A DNA stretch of 63,377 bases, counting the filler, from Octopus bimaculoides (lineage: Eukaryota): the NCBI RefSeq assembly GCF_001194135.2. It is 5 parts of 5 records of this genome, joined end to end, with 100 filler letters (N's around TTAATTAATTAA, not from the genome) between each part and the next. Parts side by side here need not be neighbours in the genome. Positions count along the whole stretch, not along the records: positions 1 to 31,102 come from NC_068984.1; positions 31,203 to 46,329 come from NC_068981.1; 3 more parts are not named here. One strand, 5' to 3'. Below the pieces are notes generated by a model that worked only from the letters and a program-made list of their open reading frames with translations, did not search any database and was not told the origin of the DNA. Of this stretch, positions 26,096 to 39,918 are shown piece after piece. Within the stretch, counting starts at the first letter, position 1, and the number at the start of each line of letters is the position of its first letter. A program made the translations under genes and the position numbers.

Positions 26096-28509
26096 ACTGA
26101 AATGAAAATAATCTTGATTGGTAAATAACTAAGCCTCGTTTCTCATAAATATAGTGATGGTGGTGCAGGTGGTGGTTGTCATGCCAGATGGGATATTTAT
26201 TAAGAGAGGTGGCGGTGGTGGGACAGCGAAAAGCAACTCTTTTTCTGTGTTTTTCTTATACTGCCCATCATTTTACCAAGCGCTTTTGTGCAATTAATTA
26301 TCGTCTGCTCAATCGAAACATTTGTTTATAAAATATGGACAACGATAGACGACATAAACTAACAAGAGAAAGAATGATTTCGGGTAAGGGGTTTTTATAG
26401 TATTTTTTCTCCAAATAACTGTATTAAGATTTGTTATAATTTTACCAACGAACAATAGCAGATTAATGTAAGAGACAATGTCTTCCATTTTGCTCCATAG
26501 TTAAAATTGGTTACCTCACGTAAAGTGAAATATAATAGATAATTTACAAAACAGAAAACGTATGAATATATAGATGTTTTTTGAGATTGCGCCTTCAATG
26601 CAACCTAACACTAACGGTTGTTCCTTCCCATATCCGCTTCGAGATCCTGGGACACAAATCCTTTGTGCACCCAATCTACACCTCCCAGAACAAGTTGATA
26701 CGGCTATTGTTTTTTTTATCCCTTTTTATATTGCAGCATGTGGTGATCTTATTCGCGCCAAGCACCAAATGAGTACTTGTATTGGACTCGCGAATATGAG
26801 GAAAGTTGAATGATGTTTGCTTCTGATAGGACCCTATGGAGGAGGTGCCTGAGGACTCTATCCCCGCAACCCTCTCAGGAATAATGGGCGCAGAAGATAG
26901 ATGGATTGAGAGATACTATACTATCTATGTGGACATTTACACCATTTCAAGAATCAAACGCTTCAGAAAAATATACAATTCTATCCAACAATTTTCAAAA
27001 TAAGCGTAGAATTTCCACGGGTATTGCTAGTAATATTACAAATAGGTTGTGTCTTCGATTTATTTCCATTATTGAGATTTTTATTGCTAGACGCAAAGAT
27101 AAAAATAATAAGTCTCAAGGTAGAAGAGGAGACATGAATATAACAAAGAACATAGTTTTCAAATACCTTCTCTCATACGACTACAAATTCAAAACTATCT
27201 TTACAGACTTTACACCGTCTCAAGAAGCAAGTCATTCAGAAAAATTACAATTTCAAGACATCATGTAATTTCGTGTTCCAACAATCTTATAGTTTTCAAA
27301 CTAAGCATAGAATATCCATGGATACTGTCAGTATATATATCTTTAATTCATATGCTTGAATTATATAAATTCATGTATCTCTATATATTTTTCATAGAAT
27401 GTTTTGGTTTGAGGCATCTGTATGTTTTCATATTCTATGGAAAGTCGCTGTGAAACAAATAAACGAGATGCAAAAATGTTCAGAATAAACGCCCTCCATT
27501 CTCACCAATGTCAATTAATCAACTCTAAGTAAAACATAAATCTTTGTAAGAGAAAAAAATGCCCTTTCCTATATTATTGGCGTTTTCCGTCCTCTCCATT
27601 GGTTACTTAAGGAAGTATCGGAAATGTCTTATCATCGTTTATTTAATCCCATTTACATCTTGTATGTGAATATTAAATCTTCTCCGGTATTTGAACTGAA
27701 ACTTTATTTTAACGATTTCCGAAAAGCGAAAAATAAAGATCACCAGCGGAATTTTAACTCAAAACGTAGAGAGCTCTAATAATTTTGCCAATCTCGCGCT
27801 TGATGGTTTAAGAAATACAGGAGTCGGAAGAATAATAACAAAAGTAAAAACTTGAAACTTCGATAAATGTGAATGGCAACCAGTAACTTTGTTTGTCTAA
27901 CGACAGCTGTTAAGTGGAATCAATCAGGTTGTAAATATTCTTTCTCATATTCACTTGAATATATTACTAATTATTCTCTATGGATCCTAAAAGCGAAAAA
28001 AAATCGCTTCTTACTCTAAAGAAAGAAGCCTCTGAGTGGTCAGTCGATTAACTGGAAGTAGCAAAAAGTCTCCTTTGAGCCACACTTCACTATCTTAAAC
28101 ACATGACACACTAGGTAATATAATCCTAGATATACTCTATCTGAAAATAAATTCGATGCAATAACTGTAATGCTTTTAGTTATAAGTCAGTTCAGTCAAG
28201 GAAGATCTGAAAGAACAGCCAATGTCATCCCTTATAACACAAAATATGCCCTGTTGTTACTATCACAGACATTTTTGCAACCATTTAACACCATTATTAT
28301 TAACTCCACCACCAACACAATTATCATTAGTAACCAATAACTGAGGTTTAAGGAATTTAATCTGAAGTTGAGAAACTGTAGTGGAAGATTAAAAGTTAGT
28401 TTTATAGACAAGAAAGGATAAAGCATGCTTGAAGAGCTGATATGATTGGTTTAGGTAGTAATATTGATGGCATAGACAATTCAGAACAGCAGACAATTTA
28501 GTCTCTCCT

Positions 28510-28569
<60 letters not shown>

Positions 28570-29399
28570 AAAAGAGAGAGAGGGAGAGAGATAGAGAGAG
28601 AAAGGGAGAGAGGAAGACTAAGCCAGAGAGAGAGAAAAAAAAGAGAGAGAGTCAGACAGACTGACAGACAGAGACAGAGAGAGAAGGAGAGAGAAAGACT
28701 AAGTCAGAGAGAGAGACTAAGCCAAAGAGAGAAACTAAACCAAAAAGGGAGAGAAAAAGAGAGACTAAGCCAAAGATAGAGGGAGAGAGAGAGAGAGAGA
28801 GGGCGAGAGTTACTGGAAAAGAAGACTAAACCAGATTAAATGGAAGTGCTTGTTGGTAATATGCAGGCAAAAGAAGTGAATCGTAGGATCCTATGTAATC
28901 GCAAATATCATATTTCAAAATGCAATTGAAAATAAAGTGTTACTCGATAAAAGGGTTGGGTTAAGGATAGAGGTTCAAAGGCTGTGCATCGCAATGGAAT
29001 AAGATATGTAGTTTGCATGTTATTATGAGGATTGGGAATAGAGATATTGATGGACGAAAGTCTACGGATGTTGAAGAGAAAGTCAGTAGTTAAAATCGTT
29101 TATCTAATTTGGCATTAGTTTGGGTTCGTTACGGTGTTCTGAAGGGGAGGAGAAGGGGAAATTACAGCTCCCATATGTTTCTGCTAGTCTTTATGAGTAA
29201 CAAAATGGAGACGAAAAGGTTACGAGATTACACACTTGCTGCATAGGACAGTCACTCGAGATATTACTGTCGGAAATATCTCGGATTCATTGACCGAACA
29301 GTTTTCTCTACAAAGCCTTTTCAAGCTGTCTCTACGCAAGGAAAAATGTAATCAGAATCAACGAGTATGGACCGAATGCTTGCAACAGAGTGAATTATG

Positions 29400-29700
29400 T
29401 TAGAGACATCTAATGGTGGTATTAAAGCAGTCTAAATGACAGGCCTACAAAGCACCAAAAGGAAGTTGTCATTTTTATTGTAGTATCCTAACTAGATAAG
29501 TTGGTCTGCATGGCATTAGCTCCCTCTGTCCATGCCAATCGTTTACATTTAGGGAAAGTCATGGACATAGCTGGGTGGCCTTTGCAATGACTATAGATGA
29601 CACGTTCCTCCTGATACAGTTCTCCAATGACGATATTATTGTAGATTGCCAGATATACAAAGCTATTCAGACAATATGCATTGTGGGGTGACAGGAGGAA
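29400..29700 (-). mobile_element. Possible highly decayed RTE-like RT C-terminal remnant
   Basis: The minus frame NIVIGELYQEERV...RLAWTEGA loosely resembles the RTE GEL..G.R / W..GA motifs. Confidence 0.25.
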
Positions 29701-30458
29701 ATGGAAAGTGGGACGGGAAATATATTTAAATAGAGATTGTATACAGATGGAGTAAGTTGGCTCAAGATAGAAAAGTGAAACGGAAAGAAGACAAACAGAA
29801 AGAAAAGGAGACTGAAAGTACGTGAGAAGGAGATAGAGTGAGATGTTGATATGTATGAGTCACTAATGTGTATTTATAATTAGTTGCAATGTATCGTAAA
29901 TATATTTACAATAATTATAATGAATTTTGCTTATTAGAGATTAATAGAAAAAGTCAATTTCTGTAGATATCTTGATATTCCATGAAGAAGTTATTTGAAT
30001 GATTTAAAAAGTGCTTCAACAAGCTTTACATGGTAGCAAGCATTCTCGAATAAATTCATAGGTTGCCAGCCAAATTTGTTAATATTTTGGCCTGATCGAA
30101 TGAATTCATGGTCGAAAGAATTCTAGCCAAAAACAACCAGTCAGTTTTGTATAACAGAGAGTACATTGTGGAATATCTCCTTCCGTTTTGAAGACAAAAC
30201 GGTATAATTTAATGGAAATGTAATGAACTATTTCTAGTAGGCCTAACAACTGTATTGAACTTCTCTCTCGTTGGCTTGGTTTTCGTTACGTTATTGTAAG
30301 GATTTTACGTTATATTGTTTAAATCCTAGTTGTACGACTCCAACTGAGGAGTGATGGTTTCGCTTCTATATCAGCACATTTAAAACATTTCCAATAAATA
30401 GTAATATTGCAGAAGTATTATATTTATACCAAGTAAATATATTTGGTTTAAAATGTTG

Positions 30459-30657
30459 GCACAAGGCCAGCAATTCGTGGTGGGTTGGGGTGGCATAGTT
30501 CGTTTACATCGACCCAGTACTCGATTGGTACTTATTCTATTGACTCCAAAAGGATGAAAGGCAAAGTCAACCTCAGCGGAACTTGAAATCAGAACATAAA
30601 AACAGATGAAATGCCGCTAAGCATTTTGCTCGGAACGATAACGATTCCGCCAGCTCG
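30459..30657 (-). mobile_element. tRNA-derived SINE (GGTCGACTTTGCCTTTCATCC family)
   Basis: GGCACAAGGCC...AAGGATGAAAGGCAAAGTCAACCTCAGCGG...CCGCTAAGCAT...GCCAGCTCG is the reverse complement of the 51241 copy. Confidence 0.8.
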
Positions 30658-31065
30658 TAACATTGCCAAATAAATATATTAAATTTATTTTTCTATTAAT
30701 TTTATATTTGATTCACAATGTGCATTGTAATAGAGTAGAAAATTCGTACGTGTGTATGTACATGTATGTCCGTATATTTCTGTGTGCATGTGTGCCAGTG
30801 AGCGCACAAGTATGTCGTTATAAAACAAAACCAATTAAGATGCTGATCTAGAAATAATTATATTCATGATTGCTGCTAATTAAGGCCCTATATCTCCTCG
30901 TGTTCGGAAAAACACTCAACCTGAATGAGTTCCAAGCACGAAACTTCAGGTAGTCCTCTTAGTATTTTTACTCGTATTACTTTATAAACATAAATACATT
31001 ATTCAAGATGTTTGCATGCTTCTATCGGGTATCATATTTTTATATTATTTATTGACGTAATTATG

Positions 31066-31102
<37 letters not shown>

Positions 31103-32829
31103 NNNNNNNNNNNNNNNNNNNNNNNNNNNNNNNNNNNNNNNNNNNNTTAATTAATTAANNNNNNNNNNNNNNNNNNNNNNNNNNNNNNNNNNNNNNNNNN
31201 NNGGTGGGGTTGGTGGTGGTGGTGGAGTTGATGGTGGTAGTGGTGGTGATAGTGACGTTGGTGATTGAGATGATAGTGGTTATAATGGTGGTATCTGTGT
31301 GATGTGATGAAGATGGTTGTTATTACGATATGTTGATGGTGGTGGTGGTGATGGTGGTGGTGATGGTGGTAGTGATGGTGGTGGTGGTGGGGGCAATAGT
31401 TGTAGTTGTGGTTGAGATCATGGTAGTGTAAAGTGATATAATAGGGTAGGATTCTATCATTGGTGAGCCCTGGTCGAGCAGACCTATGATCAAAAGCATT
31501 CCAGATGTGATCATCCCATCGGTTACGTGCTCTAACGGTCTATATATTATCTGAAGTTTTTTTGTTTTTTTGATTTTTACATTATATGCAGAAAACGGTT
31601 ATTTTAGGGAGATTTCGCTGGTATTTTTAGCATGTCGAGCGATCAGGTGCAGGCTCTTCGTTGGGTCGAGTCATGGGGAGATGATGTACAATTGTGGTGG
31701 TATTGCTTGCTGAAGGTTTTGAATGTAATAATATCTTGGTGGTGGTGGTAGTGGTGGTGGTGGTGGTTGTGGTGGTGGTTGTGGTGGTGGTGGTGGTGGT
31801 GGTAGTGATTGACGTGGCCGTTGTGATTTGTCATCGCAACAGCTACATCGATATGAGTCTGTTTAAAATGATTGCTTATTGTATATGTATTGACATGTTT
31901 ATGTGTGCGCACATATGTGAGTATGTGTATATATGNNNNNNNNNNNNNNNNNNNNNNNNNNNNNNNNNNNNNNNNNNNNNNNNNNNNNNNNNNNNNNNNN
32001 NNNNNNNNNNNNNNNNNNNNNNNNNNNNNNNNNNNNNNNNNNNNNNNNNNNNNNNNNNNNNNNNNNNNNNNNNNNNNNNNNNNNNNNNNNNNNNNNNNNN
32101 NNNNNNNNNNNNNNNNNNNNNNNNNNNNNNNNNNNNNNNNNNNNNNNNNNNNNNNNNNNNNNNNNNNNNNNNNNNNNNNNNNNNNNNNNNNNNNNNNNNN
32201 NNNNNNNNNNNNNNNNNNNNNNNNNNNNNNNNNNNNNNNNNNNNNNNNNNNNNNNNNNNNNNNNNNNNNNNNNNNNNNNNNNNNNNNNNNNNNNNNNNNN
32301 NNNNNNNNNNNNNNNNNNNNNNNNNNNNNNNNNNNNNNNNNNNNNNNNNNNNNNNNNNNNNNNNNNNNNNNNNNNNNNNNNNNNNNNNNNNNNNNNNNNN
32401 NNNNNNNNNNNNNNNNNNNNNNNNNNNNNNNNNNNNNNNNNNNNNNNNNNNNNNNNNNNNNNNNNNNNNNNNNNNNNNNNNNNNNNNNNNNNNNNNNNNN
32501 NNNNNNNNNNNNNNNNNNNNNNNNNNNNNNNNNNNNNNNNNNNNNNNNNNNNNNNNNNNNNNNNNNNNNNNNNNNNNNNNNNNNNNNNNNNNNNNNNNNN
32601 NNNNNNNNNNNNNNNNNNNNNNNNNNNNNNNNNNNNNNNNNNNNNNNNNNNNNNNNNNNNNNNNNNNNNNNNNNNNNNNNNNNNNNNNNNNNNNNNNNNN
32701 NNNNNNNNNNNNNNNNNNNNNNNNNNNNNNNNNGAATTTCAGGTGAATCTAGCTTTCCAATCTGAACATATCACTCATTTCGTTATTGTACGTATGTATA
32801 TATGTGTCTGGCTCCGTGTGTGTGTGTGT

Positions 32830-32868
<39 letters not shown>

Positions 32869-32934
32869 TATGTGTGTGTGTGTGTGTGTGTTTGTATATG
32901 AATGTGTATGTTCGTGTGTGTATTTGCATTTTAG

Positions 32935-33255
32935 TATACGTGTGTATGATTCTGTTTGCGCGTGTGCATGATTCTGTTTGTGTGTGCGTGTATGATTCTG
33001 TTTGTGTGTGTGTATGATTCTGTTTGTGTGTGTGTATGATTCTGTTTATGAGCGCGCTCACGTCTGTTTTGCATTTGTGTGAATGTATGTGTGTGAATGT
33101 ATGTGTGTGAATGTATGTGTGTGAATGTATGTGTGTGAATGTATGCGTGTGAATGTATGTGTGTGAATGTATGCGTGTGAATGTATGCGTGTGAATGTGT
33201 GAATGTATGTGTGTGAATGTATGTGTGTTAATGTATGTGTGTGAATGTATGTGTG
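32935..33255. repeat. TG-derived minisatellites: (GTATGATTCTGTTTGTGTGT)n then (GTGTGTGAATGTAT)n
   Basis: Tandem units are directly visible. Confidence 0.85.
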
Positions 33256-33402
33256 AGTTTGCATTTTCTGTATACGTTTGTGCCTATAGGTGTCTGAGTA
33301 TGCGTGCATGTCTGTCAGTGTAAGTATAAATATATGTCATTATGTGTTAATGTGTGAGCGTGTGTATACCTCTGTATATACGTGTGTGCATGCATCTATG
33401 TG

Positions 33403-33645
33403 TGGAGGCGCGTGGCTCAGTGGGTCGGGAGTTGAACTCATAATCGTAAGATTGTTGTTTCGATTCCCAGCTCGGACGATGCGTTGCTTTTTTGAGGAAA
33501 ACACTTCATATCCTGGTGCTCCAGTTCACTCAACTGTCAAAACAGAATTATCCAGCGACTGGCCTGCGTCCCGTCCGAGAAGAGAATATAAACGCCACAG
33601 AATCCAGAAAACCGGCCTTATGAGCCAATGGTTCTGGAAACCCCT
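33403..33645 (+). mobile_element. tRNA-derived SINE with CAGCGACTGGCCTGCGTCCCGTCC body
   Basis: Head GGAGGCGCGTGGCTCAGTGG...TTTCGATTCCC (A/B-box like). The body resembles 60900-61090. Confidence 0.7.
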
Positions 33646-33683
33646 TTGATTTTTTTTCTGATGCGTCAATGTACAAATCTGTT

Positions 33684-33728
<45 letters not shown>

Positions 33729-34375
33729 NNNNNNNNNNNNNNNNNNNNNNNNNNNNNNNNNNNNNNNNNNNNNNNNNNNNNNNNNNNNNNNNNNNNNNNN
33801 NNNNNNNNNNNNNNNNNNNNNNNNNNNNNNNNNNNNNNNNNNNNNNNNNNNNNNNNNNNNNNNNNNNNNNNNNNNNNNNNNNNNNNNNNNNNNNNNNNNN
33901 NNNNNNNNNNNNNNNNNNNNNNNNNNNNNNNNNNNNNNNNNNNNNNNNNNNNNNNNNNNNNNNNNNNNNNNNNNNNNNNNNNNNNNNNNNNNNNNNNNNN
34001 NNNNNNNNNNNNNNNNNNNNNNNNNNNNNNNNNNNNNNNNNNNNNNNNNNNNNNNNNNNNNNNNNNNNNNNNNNNNNNNNNNNNNNNNNNNNNNNNNNNN
34101 NNNNNNNNNNNNNNNNNNNNNNNNNNNNNNNNNNNNNNNNNNNNNNNNNNNNNNNNNNNNNNNNNNNNNNNNNNNNNNNNNNNNNNNNNNNNNNNNNNNN
34201 NNNNNNNNNNNNNNNNNNNNNNNNNNNNNNNNNNNNNNNNNNNNNNNNNNNNNNNNNNNNNNNNNNNNNNNNNNNNNNNNNNNNNNNNNNNNNNNNNNNN
34301 NNNNNNNNNNNNNNNNNNNNNNNNNNCCAGTAAAATTGTAACCATAGCGGTCACGAGAGACCCACCCACAGACAA

Positions 34376-34436
<61 letters not shown>

Positions 34437-34964
34437 CCTTTCTACTAATGGCACAAGATCTGAAATTTTGGGTTGAGGGGACTTTATTTATCGACCCCGA
34501 AAGGATGAAAGGTAAAGTCGACCTCGGCGGAATAATAATAATTATAATTATAATTATAAGCACAAGAACACCATAGCATAGAAGAAATCAAGATTCCAGA
34601 AGTAAGTATACAAATAACTGGAAAATAGTATTACTAGGTATAGCATACATTTCAGTTCTGCATAGAACCATGTCTATATACGAATATATCGACCACACAC
34701 ACATAAGACAATACTGCATGCACCTGAGACCTATGGAGGTGAGCCTTGGTGTTTCAGGGTAAAATGAATTTTTAAAAAACACATTGAAACGGAAAATGAC
34801 AGCAAAATTTCAATGTGATACTATGAATATTTTTCATGTTTTGGAAATTAAGAATTATACAAAATATTAAAAAAAAAAAGAACATCCAGTGTTTTCATGC
34901 AGTCATTTGTCGGTTTATGTTTAATGTGACTACTTACTTTGTGTGTTGTTCGGTTGCCTTACAG

Positions 34965-35066
34965 ACTTGATGAGAGAAGTATTCTTCCGCCCAAAGACGT
35001 AGTCTCTCCAGATGTGACAGAGCAGGTCTCATTAAAACTACTTTCAACTAAAACAGACAGTTCAGG
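34965..35066 (+). CDS. Internal coding exon (102 nt, phase 2 to 2) of the unknown tail-anchored protein gene
   Basis: Acceptor gttgccttacag; the single open frame is LDERSILPPKDVVSPDVTEQVSLKLLSTKTDSS; donor GG|gtaggt. Joins in frame to 45216. Confidence 0.65.
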
Positions 35067-36002
35067 GTAGGTATTTCAACAGCTAATTTTAGCCTTACAC
35101 TGGCGAACTGGAAATGACCACATATCAACGAGTCTCTGTTTGACAAACGATGTGACTGTAGTATTCGGTTCGCCATTTGGTTTTCTCTTTGTAATATAAC
35201 TAACCTAAGTATCAGATATTGACGGTAGCGTCGACAGCTGATCCGAAGTTAGATTCTTTTTATGTCTGTATTAAAATGAAAATATATGCACACATACATA
35301 CATACATACATACATATAAAACAAACATACAAATCTGCGCATACACTAACACCAAATACTGCACACACACACATATGCACAAATACCTAGATGATGTTGA
35401 TAAAAGTTCCAATGAAGGAGCCTTGAATCTATGTTAGAGTCCGGCTCTTTCTCTATGGACAAGAAATACAGAAATGAAACTGATTGATAACATACATACA
35501 TGCATGCATACATATCTATCTATTGCGTGGAACAGTAAAGTGAGATGCAAGATAGCATGTTTCGACAACCGTTATGTAATTCTTATAGCATTTTGTTGAA
35601 ACACGTGTACTTTCTATAAAACATTGAATACTTTTCTTGTTTTCTGTAAATGATATACAAACACACATACACACACACACAATCACATATATACACACAC
35701 ACAATCACATATATACACACACATATATATAGTGTAAACAGTTAGCGGCTATAATGACCGACTAAGGGATAAAATATCCGTATATGCTATCCGATATCCG
35801 TTACCCGTATTATCCCCGAGCACTGGTGTGCAGGTACACCATGTCCGTAGAGTGCAGGTAACAACAGGTAACCAATACAAATAATCAGACAATGGAGAAA
35901 ACTTCAGATTAACAAACACATCGATTGGACCACACAAATAAGCTATAAATGTAGTCCAATCGATGTGGTTGTTAATCTGAGGTTTTCTCCATTTTCTGAT
36001 TA

Positions 36003-36110
<108 letters not shown>

Positions 36111-36406
36111 GGTGCATGGCTCAATGGTTAGAGCGTCGAGCTTACGATCGTGAGGCTGTGAGTTCGAATCCGGGACCGGGCTGCGTGTTGTGTTCTTGAG
36201 CAAGACACTTTATTTCACGTTGCTCCAGTTCACTCAGCTGTAGAAATGAGTTACCTTTCCCTTGGATAACACTGGTGGAATGGAGAGGGGGAGCCGGTAT
36301 GCATGGGCGATTGCTGGTCTTCCATAAACAACCTTGCCCGGACTTGTGCCTGGAAGAGTAAGTTTTTAGGTGCAATCCCATGGTCAGTCATGACCAAAGG
36401 GGGTCT
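36111..36406 (+). mobile_element. tRNA-derived SINE family 3
   Basis: GGTGCATGGCTCAATGGTTAGAGCG...GAGTTCGAATCCGGG head and CTTGCCCGGACTTGTGCC body. The reverse-complement copy at 60531-60862 retains a segment deleted here. Confidence 0.9.
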
Positions 36407-36509
36407 GAGATGTATGTATGTATGGATGGTTGGATGGATGGATGGATGGATGGATTGGTGTGTATATATAAATGTAGGGATAAGCAAGTTAGACAGATCA
36501 AAATATAAA

Positions 36510-36931
36510 GTTTTACTATATTAATACATGAAATACAAGAAATGTGTACAAAAACTGTATATATGTTAACATACAGAAAAGGTCCGACTTACACAGAATA
36601 CAAATGAAACAGAGAATTAAAGGCGTTGAAGAAAAGTATTGCAGATCCAACAGTTGTTTCCATCTTTGAACTTCTTTCCTTTAACACCTCAAATGTAAGA
36701 TTTCTTCCCTGAAGACGGAGGCTCGTCTCATCCAATGATTGAATCAATCTACGAGCATTATTTTGGACCTCCGAGCCCCAGTAACAGCTGTTAGATTTGT
36801 AATACTTTTCTTCAAACCCCTTAATCTTCTATTTCATTTGTATTCTGTGTTAAGTCGAACCTTTTTTTATGTAAACATATATACATTTTTGTATATATTT
36901 CTCGTATTTCATGTATTGATAAAGTAAAAAC
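36510..36931. repeat. Imperfect inverted repeat (arms about 150 bp) around a 120-bp core; probably derived from a Penelope-like element
   Basis: 36510-36660 aligns with the reverse complement of 36781-36931 (e.g. CACAGAATACAAATGAAA, TTGAAGAAAAGTATT). Confidence 0.8.
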
Positions 36932-37052
36932 TTTATAAATTGATCTAACTTGCTTATTCCAACATTTATTTCTATACCCGCTCAAGTTTAATTTTCTTGA
37001 ACACTACTAAGAGTATTCTGTATGGAGAATATCTGATCTTCGTCTATGAACT

Positions 37053-37127
<75 letters not shown>

Positions 37128-37527
37128 TTATTTTATTCTTTTACTTGTTTCAGTCATTTGACTGCGGCCATGCTGGAGCACCGCCTTTAGGCGAGCAAAT
37201 CGATCCCAGGACTTATTNNNNNNNNNNNNNNNNNNNNNNNNNNNNNNNNNNNNNNNNNNNNNNNNNNNNNNNNNNNNNNNNNNNNNNNNNNNNNNNNNNN
37301 NNNNNNNNNNNNNNNNNNNNNNNNNNNNNNNNNNNNNNNNNNNNNNNNNNNNNNNNNNNNNNNNNNNNNNNNNNNNNNNNNNNNNNNNNNNNNNNNNNNN
37401 NNNNNNNNNNNNNNNNNNNNNNNNNNNNNNNNNNNNNNNNNNNNNNNNNNNNNNNNNNNNNNNNNNNNNNNNNNNNNNNNNNNNNNNNNNNNNNNNNNNN
37501 NNNNATAGATAGATAGATAGATAGATA

Positions 37528-37908
37528 TTATTTTATTCTTTTACTTGTTTCAGTCATTTGACTGCGGCCATGCTGGAGCACCGCCTTTAGGCGAGCAAAT
37601 CGATCCCAGGACTTATTCATTGTAAGCCTTTTGCCGAACCGTTAGGTTACGGGGACGTAAACACACCAGCATCGGTTGTCAAGCGACGTTGGGAGACAAA
37701 CACAGACACACAAACATATACACACACATACATACATACATATACGACGGGCTTCTTTCAGTTTCCATCTACCCAATCCACTCACAAGGCTTTGGACGAT
37801 CCGAGGCTATAGTAGAAGTCACTTGCCCAAAATGCCACGCAATGGAACTGAACCTGGAGCTATGTGGTTGAGAAGCAAACTTCTTACCATACTGCCACGC
37901 CTGCGCCT
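37528..37908 (-). mobile_element. Near full-length SINE family 1
   Basis: Contains, in reverse, the head, core, microsatellite spacer, 3' half and LINE-like tail. Confidence 0.9.
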
Positions 37909-38160
37909 AAGCAAGATTTGAATTCATCAAATTAAATCAAATTAATAGTAAATGATGTACGTCTGTTGTCTGTTCTTTTGTATCCAATCATTTTACACTA
38001 CATTCCACACGGGAGATACGCCAATACTACTGACCATGATAAAGGGGTTTGCCAGGAGAAAGAGTTTGAGAACGAACACCTAATTAGGAAATATTAATTG
38101 CCTCGTTCTCTACATTTCTAAATGGATTTCTTTTATTTGTCTGGTATCATTATTCTACGT

Positions 38161-38555
38161 GGAGGCGCAATGGCCCAGTGGTTAGGGCAGCGGACTCGCA
38201 GTCATACGATCACTGTTTCGATTCCCAGACCGGGCGTTGTGAGTGTTTATTGAGCGAAAACACCTAAAGCTCCACGAGTCTCCGGCAGGGGATGGTGGCG
38301 AACCCTGCTGTACTCTGTCACCACAACTTTCTCTAACTCTTACTTCCTGTTTCTGTTGTACCTGTAATTCAAAGGGTCAGCCTTGTCACACTCTGTGTCA
38401 CGCTGAATATCCCCGAGAACTACGTTAAAGGTACACGTGTCTGTGGAGTGCTGAGCCACTTGCACGTTAATTTCACGAGCAGGCTGTTCCGTTGATTGGA
38501 TCAACTGGAACCCTCGACGTCGTAAGCGACGGAGTGCCAACAACAACAACAACAA
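38161..38555 (+). mobile_element. Full-length tRNA-derived SINE family 2 (the second copy at 38609-39003 is likely an assembly duplicate)
   Basis: tRNA-like head with A/B boxes and a 3' GGAGTGCC(AAC)n tail. Matches 21826-22196 and 43270-43415. Confidence 0.9.
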
Positions 38556-39446
38556 CATTATTATGCATTTCATGTGAACCGTTAGCATGCNNNNNNNNNN
38601 NNCTACGTGGAGGCGCAATGGCCCAGTGGTTAGGGCAGCGGACTCGCAGTCATACGATCACTGTTTCGATTCCCAGACCGGGCGTTGTGAGTGTTTATTG
38701 AGCGAAAACACCTAAAGCTCCACGAGTCTCCGGCAGGGGATGGTGGCGAACCCTGCTGTACTCTGTCACCACAACTTTCTCTAACTCTTACTTCCTGTTT
38801 CTGTTGTACCTGTAATTCAAAGGGTCAGCCTTGTCACACTCTGTGTCACGCTGAATATCCCCGAGAACTACGTTAAAGGTACACGTGTCTGTGGAGTGCT
38901 GAGCCACTTGCACGTTAATTTCACGAGCAGGCTGTTCCGTTGATTGGATCAACTGGAACCCTCGACGTCGTAAGCGACGGAGTGCCAACAACAACAACAA
39001 CAACATTATTATGCATTTCATGTGAACCGTTAGCATGCCAGACAAAATACTTAGTTGCATTTCGTCTGTCTTTACGTTCAGAGATCAAATTCGCCGAGGT
39101 TGACTCGCCTTTCATACTTTCGGAGTCGATAAAATAAGTACTGCTGGTCTTTCATAAACAACCTTGCCCGGACTTGTGCTTGGAAGGGTAACTTTCTAGG
39201 TGCAATCCCATGGTCAGTCATGACCGAATGGTTCTCAGATAGATAGATAGATAGATAGATGCATGCATGCATGCATGTGTATATATAAATGTAGGGATAA
39301 GTAAGTTTATTATATCAACCCCAGTACTTTTTTTTGCCGAACCAGCTAAGTTACGGGGACGCAAACACACCAACACCAGTTGTTAAGCAGTGGTAGGAAA
39401 GAAACACAGATACAAAGACACACAAACATATGCAACATATGCACGT

Positions 39447-39495
<49 letters not shown>

Positions 39496-39880
39496 CATAT
39501 ATATGTATATATACATATATACACACACATACATACATACATACATACATATACGATGGGCTTCTTTCTGTTTCCATCTACCCAATCCCCACCCTCTCAA
39601 AATATGCTAGCCGTGTGTCAGAATTTAAAACTATAATTTTGTATTTCATGAATATAAGTGGTGTACATAAGTGTGTAAGTATGTGAAATTATGTGTGCGA
39701 GAAAGACAAAAGTACATAAAATTTAAGGATGACATCATATCCAGTTACATAGCTGCGAAAAATTTAGTTTGTATTTGTAAATATTTGTGCCGTTGGTAAC
39801 GTGATAACGTTGTAAAAGATGATGCAGTTGTGAATGAAATGTCAAAATATTTGTGTCATAAACTGAAATACTGTATATTT

Positions 39881-39918
<38 letters not shown>

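Noticed and set aside
26710-26813. Strong acceptor tttttatattgcag followed by ACGDLIRAKHQM...
   Set aside because: No convincing donor precedes the stop, and it is not needed for the exon phase chain.
31147-31158. TTAATTAATTAA islands inside N runs (also 46374-46385, 59527-59538 and 61593-61604)
   Set aside because: Each has exactly 44 N on both sides (100 bp in total) and encodes stops in all six frames. It is a scaffolding spacer, not biology.
36111-36180. tRNA-like heads as real tRNA genes (also 38161, 21006 and 33403)
   Set aside because: They lack complete acceptor-stem pairing and continue into multi-copy SINE bodies.
37128-37617. Duplicated SINE tail on both sides of a gap
   Set aside because: Identical sequence flanks an N run after the same (ATAG)n tract, which points to an assembly artefact.
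38155-39038. Apparent tandem duplication of a 436-bp SINE-containing block
   Set aside because: The two copies look identical and are separated only by 12 N, most likely an unmerged contig overlap.
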